From positions 20,646,001 to 20,710,000 of the forward strand of contig NC_135260.1 in assembly GCF_964204865.1 (NCBI RefSeq): a DNA stretch of 64,000 nucleotides, given 5' to 3'. The position numbers were made by a program, and so were the translations under genes. Source of the DNA: Styela clava. Its lineage: Eukaryota. The notes beneath the pieces were generated by a model that saw nothing but the letters and a program-made list of their open reading frames with translations, ran no database searches and had not been told where the DNA came from. Positions 63,701-64,000 of the stretch are shown piece after piece (the stretch's first letter is position 1; each line of letters starts with the position of its first letter).

Positions 63701-64000
63701 CGACGTCCATACTTGTGTTGTTGTATCCCCTACCATATCCATTTTCAATGGAGGGTAGATTGGGGCTCTTGTTCAAGGATGCGCCAGTTATGCTATCAAT
63801 TGTACTACCAACGGTCTTATATGTGGGAGTAACTGGATTGCTCGATGATTTTGAAGCTTCAATCTTAGTCTGTCCTTCACCTCGATATTGGTTGTATAGC
63901 ATCATCAGCGAATTCGCAGTTGACCATGATTGTGGGCAACGTTCATTTTTTGATTGTTGGTGAAATTCTTTATAATGATTGTAGGAGGGAGAGCTTTCAT
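60762..64000 (-). CDS. Uncharacterised multi-exon protein (S/N-rich region, basic NLS-like motif, ~120-aa globular-looking segment, coiled coil, polyQ); 5' end may lie beyond the window
   Basis: In-phase exons ~>63905-63514, 63435-63164, 63040-62923, 62410-62310, 62184-62067, 61873-61697, 61610-61537, 61440-61389, 61266-60762, all GT-AG; no family recognised. Confidence 0.75.

Overview
Compact, AT-rich, intron-containing animal DNA. Short introns, dense genes and many MITEs fit an invertebrate chordate such as an ascidian (inference). All gene models were assembled by eye from splice signals and reading-frame phase. Left to right: MINPP1-like phosphatase (-, runs off the left edge); a decayed XPG/PIN-type Academ-like transposase relic; a 10-exon BBOX1-like 2OG-Fe(II) dioxygenase (+); GINS3 (-); ENOPH1 (+); CCS (-); a truncated SmG/SNRPG copy; tRNA-Leu(AAG); POLR3E/RPC5 (+); a nested transposon cluster; LUC7L/LUC7L2 (+); an intronless TPR protein with two predicted TM helices (-); a second broken SmG copy; a decayed hAT transposase; and an unrecognised polyQ/NLS-containing gene (-, runs off the right edge). 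Best leads: (1) a candidate autoregulatory splicing architecture in LUC7L (poison microexon, internal donor, and a poison donor in a hairpin loop); (2) a tRNA gene just upstream of a Pol III subunit gene; (3) a triplicated splice acceptor in the BBOX1-like gene; (4) two SmG fragments linked to the same retroelement tail; (5) paired empty and filled sites for a Helentron-type element. No prokaryotic system or CRISPR array is supported.
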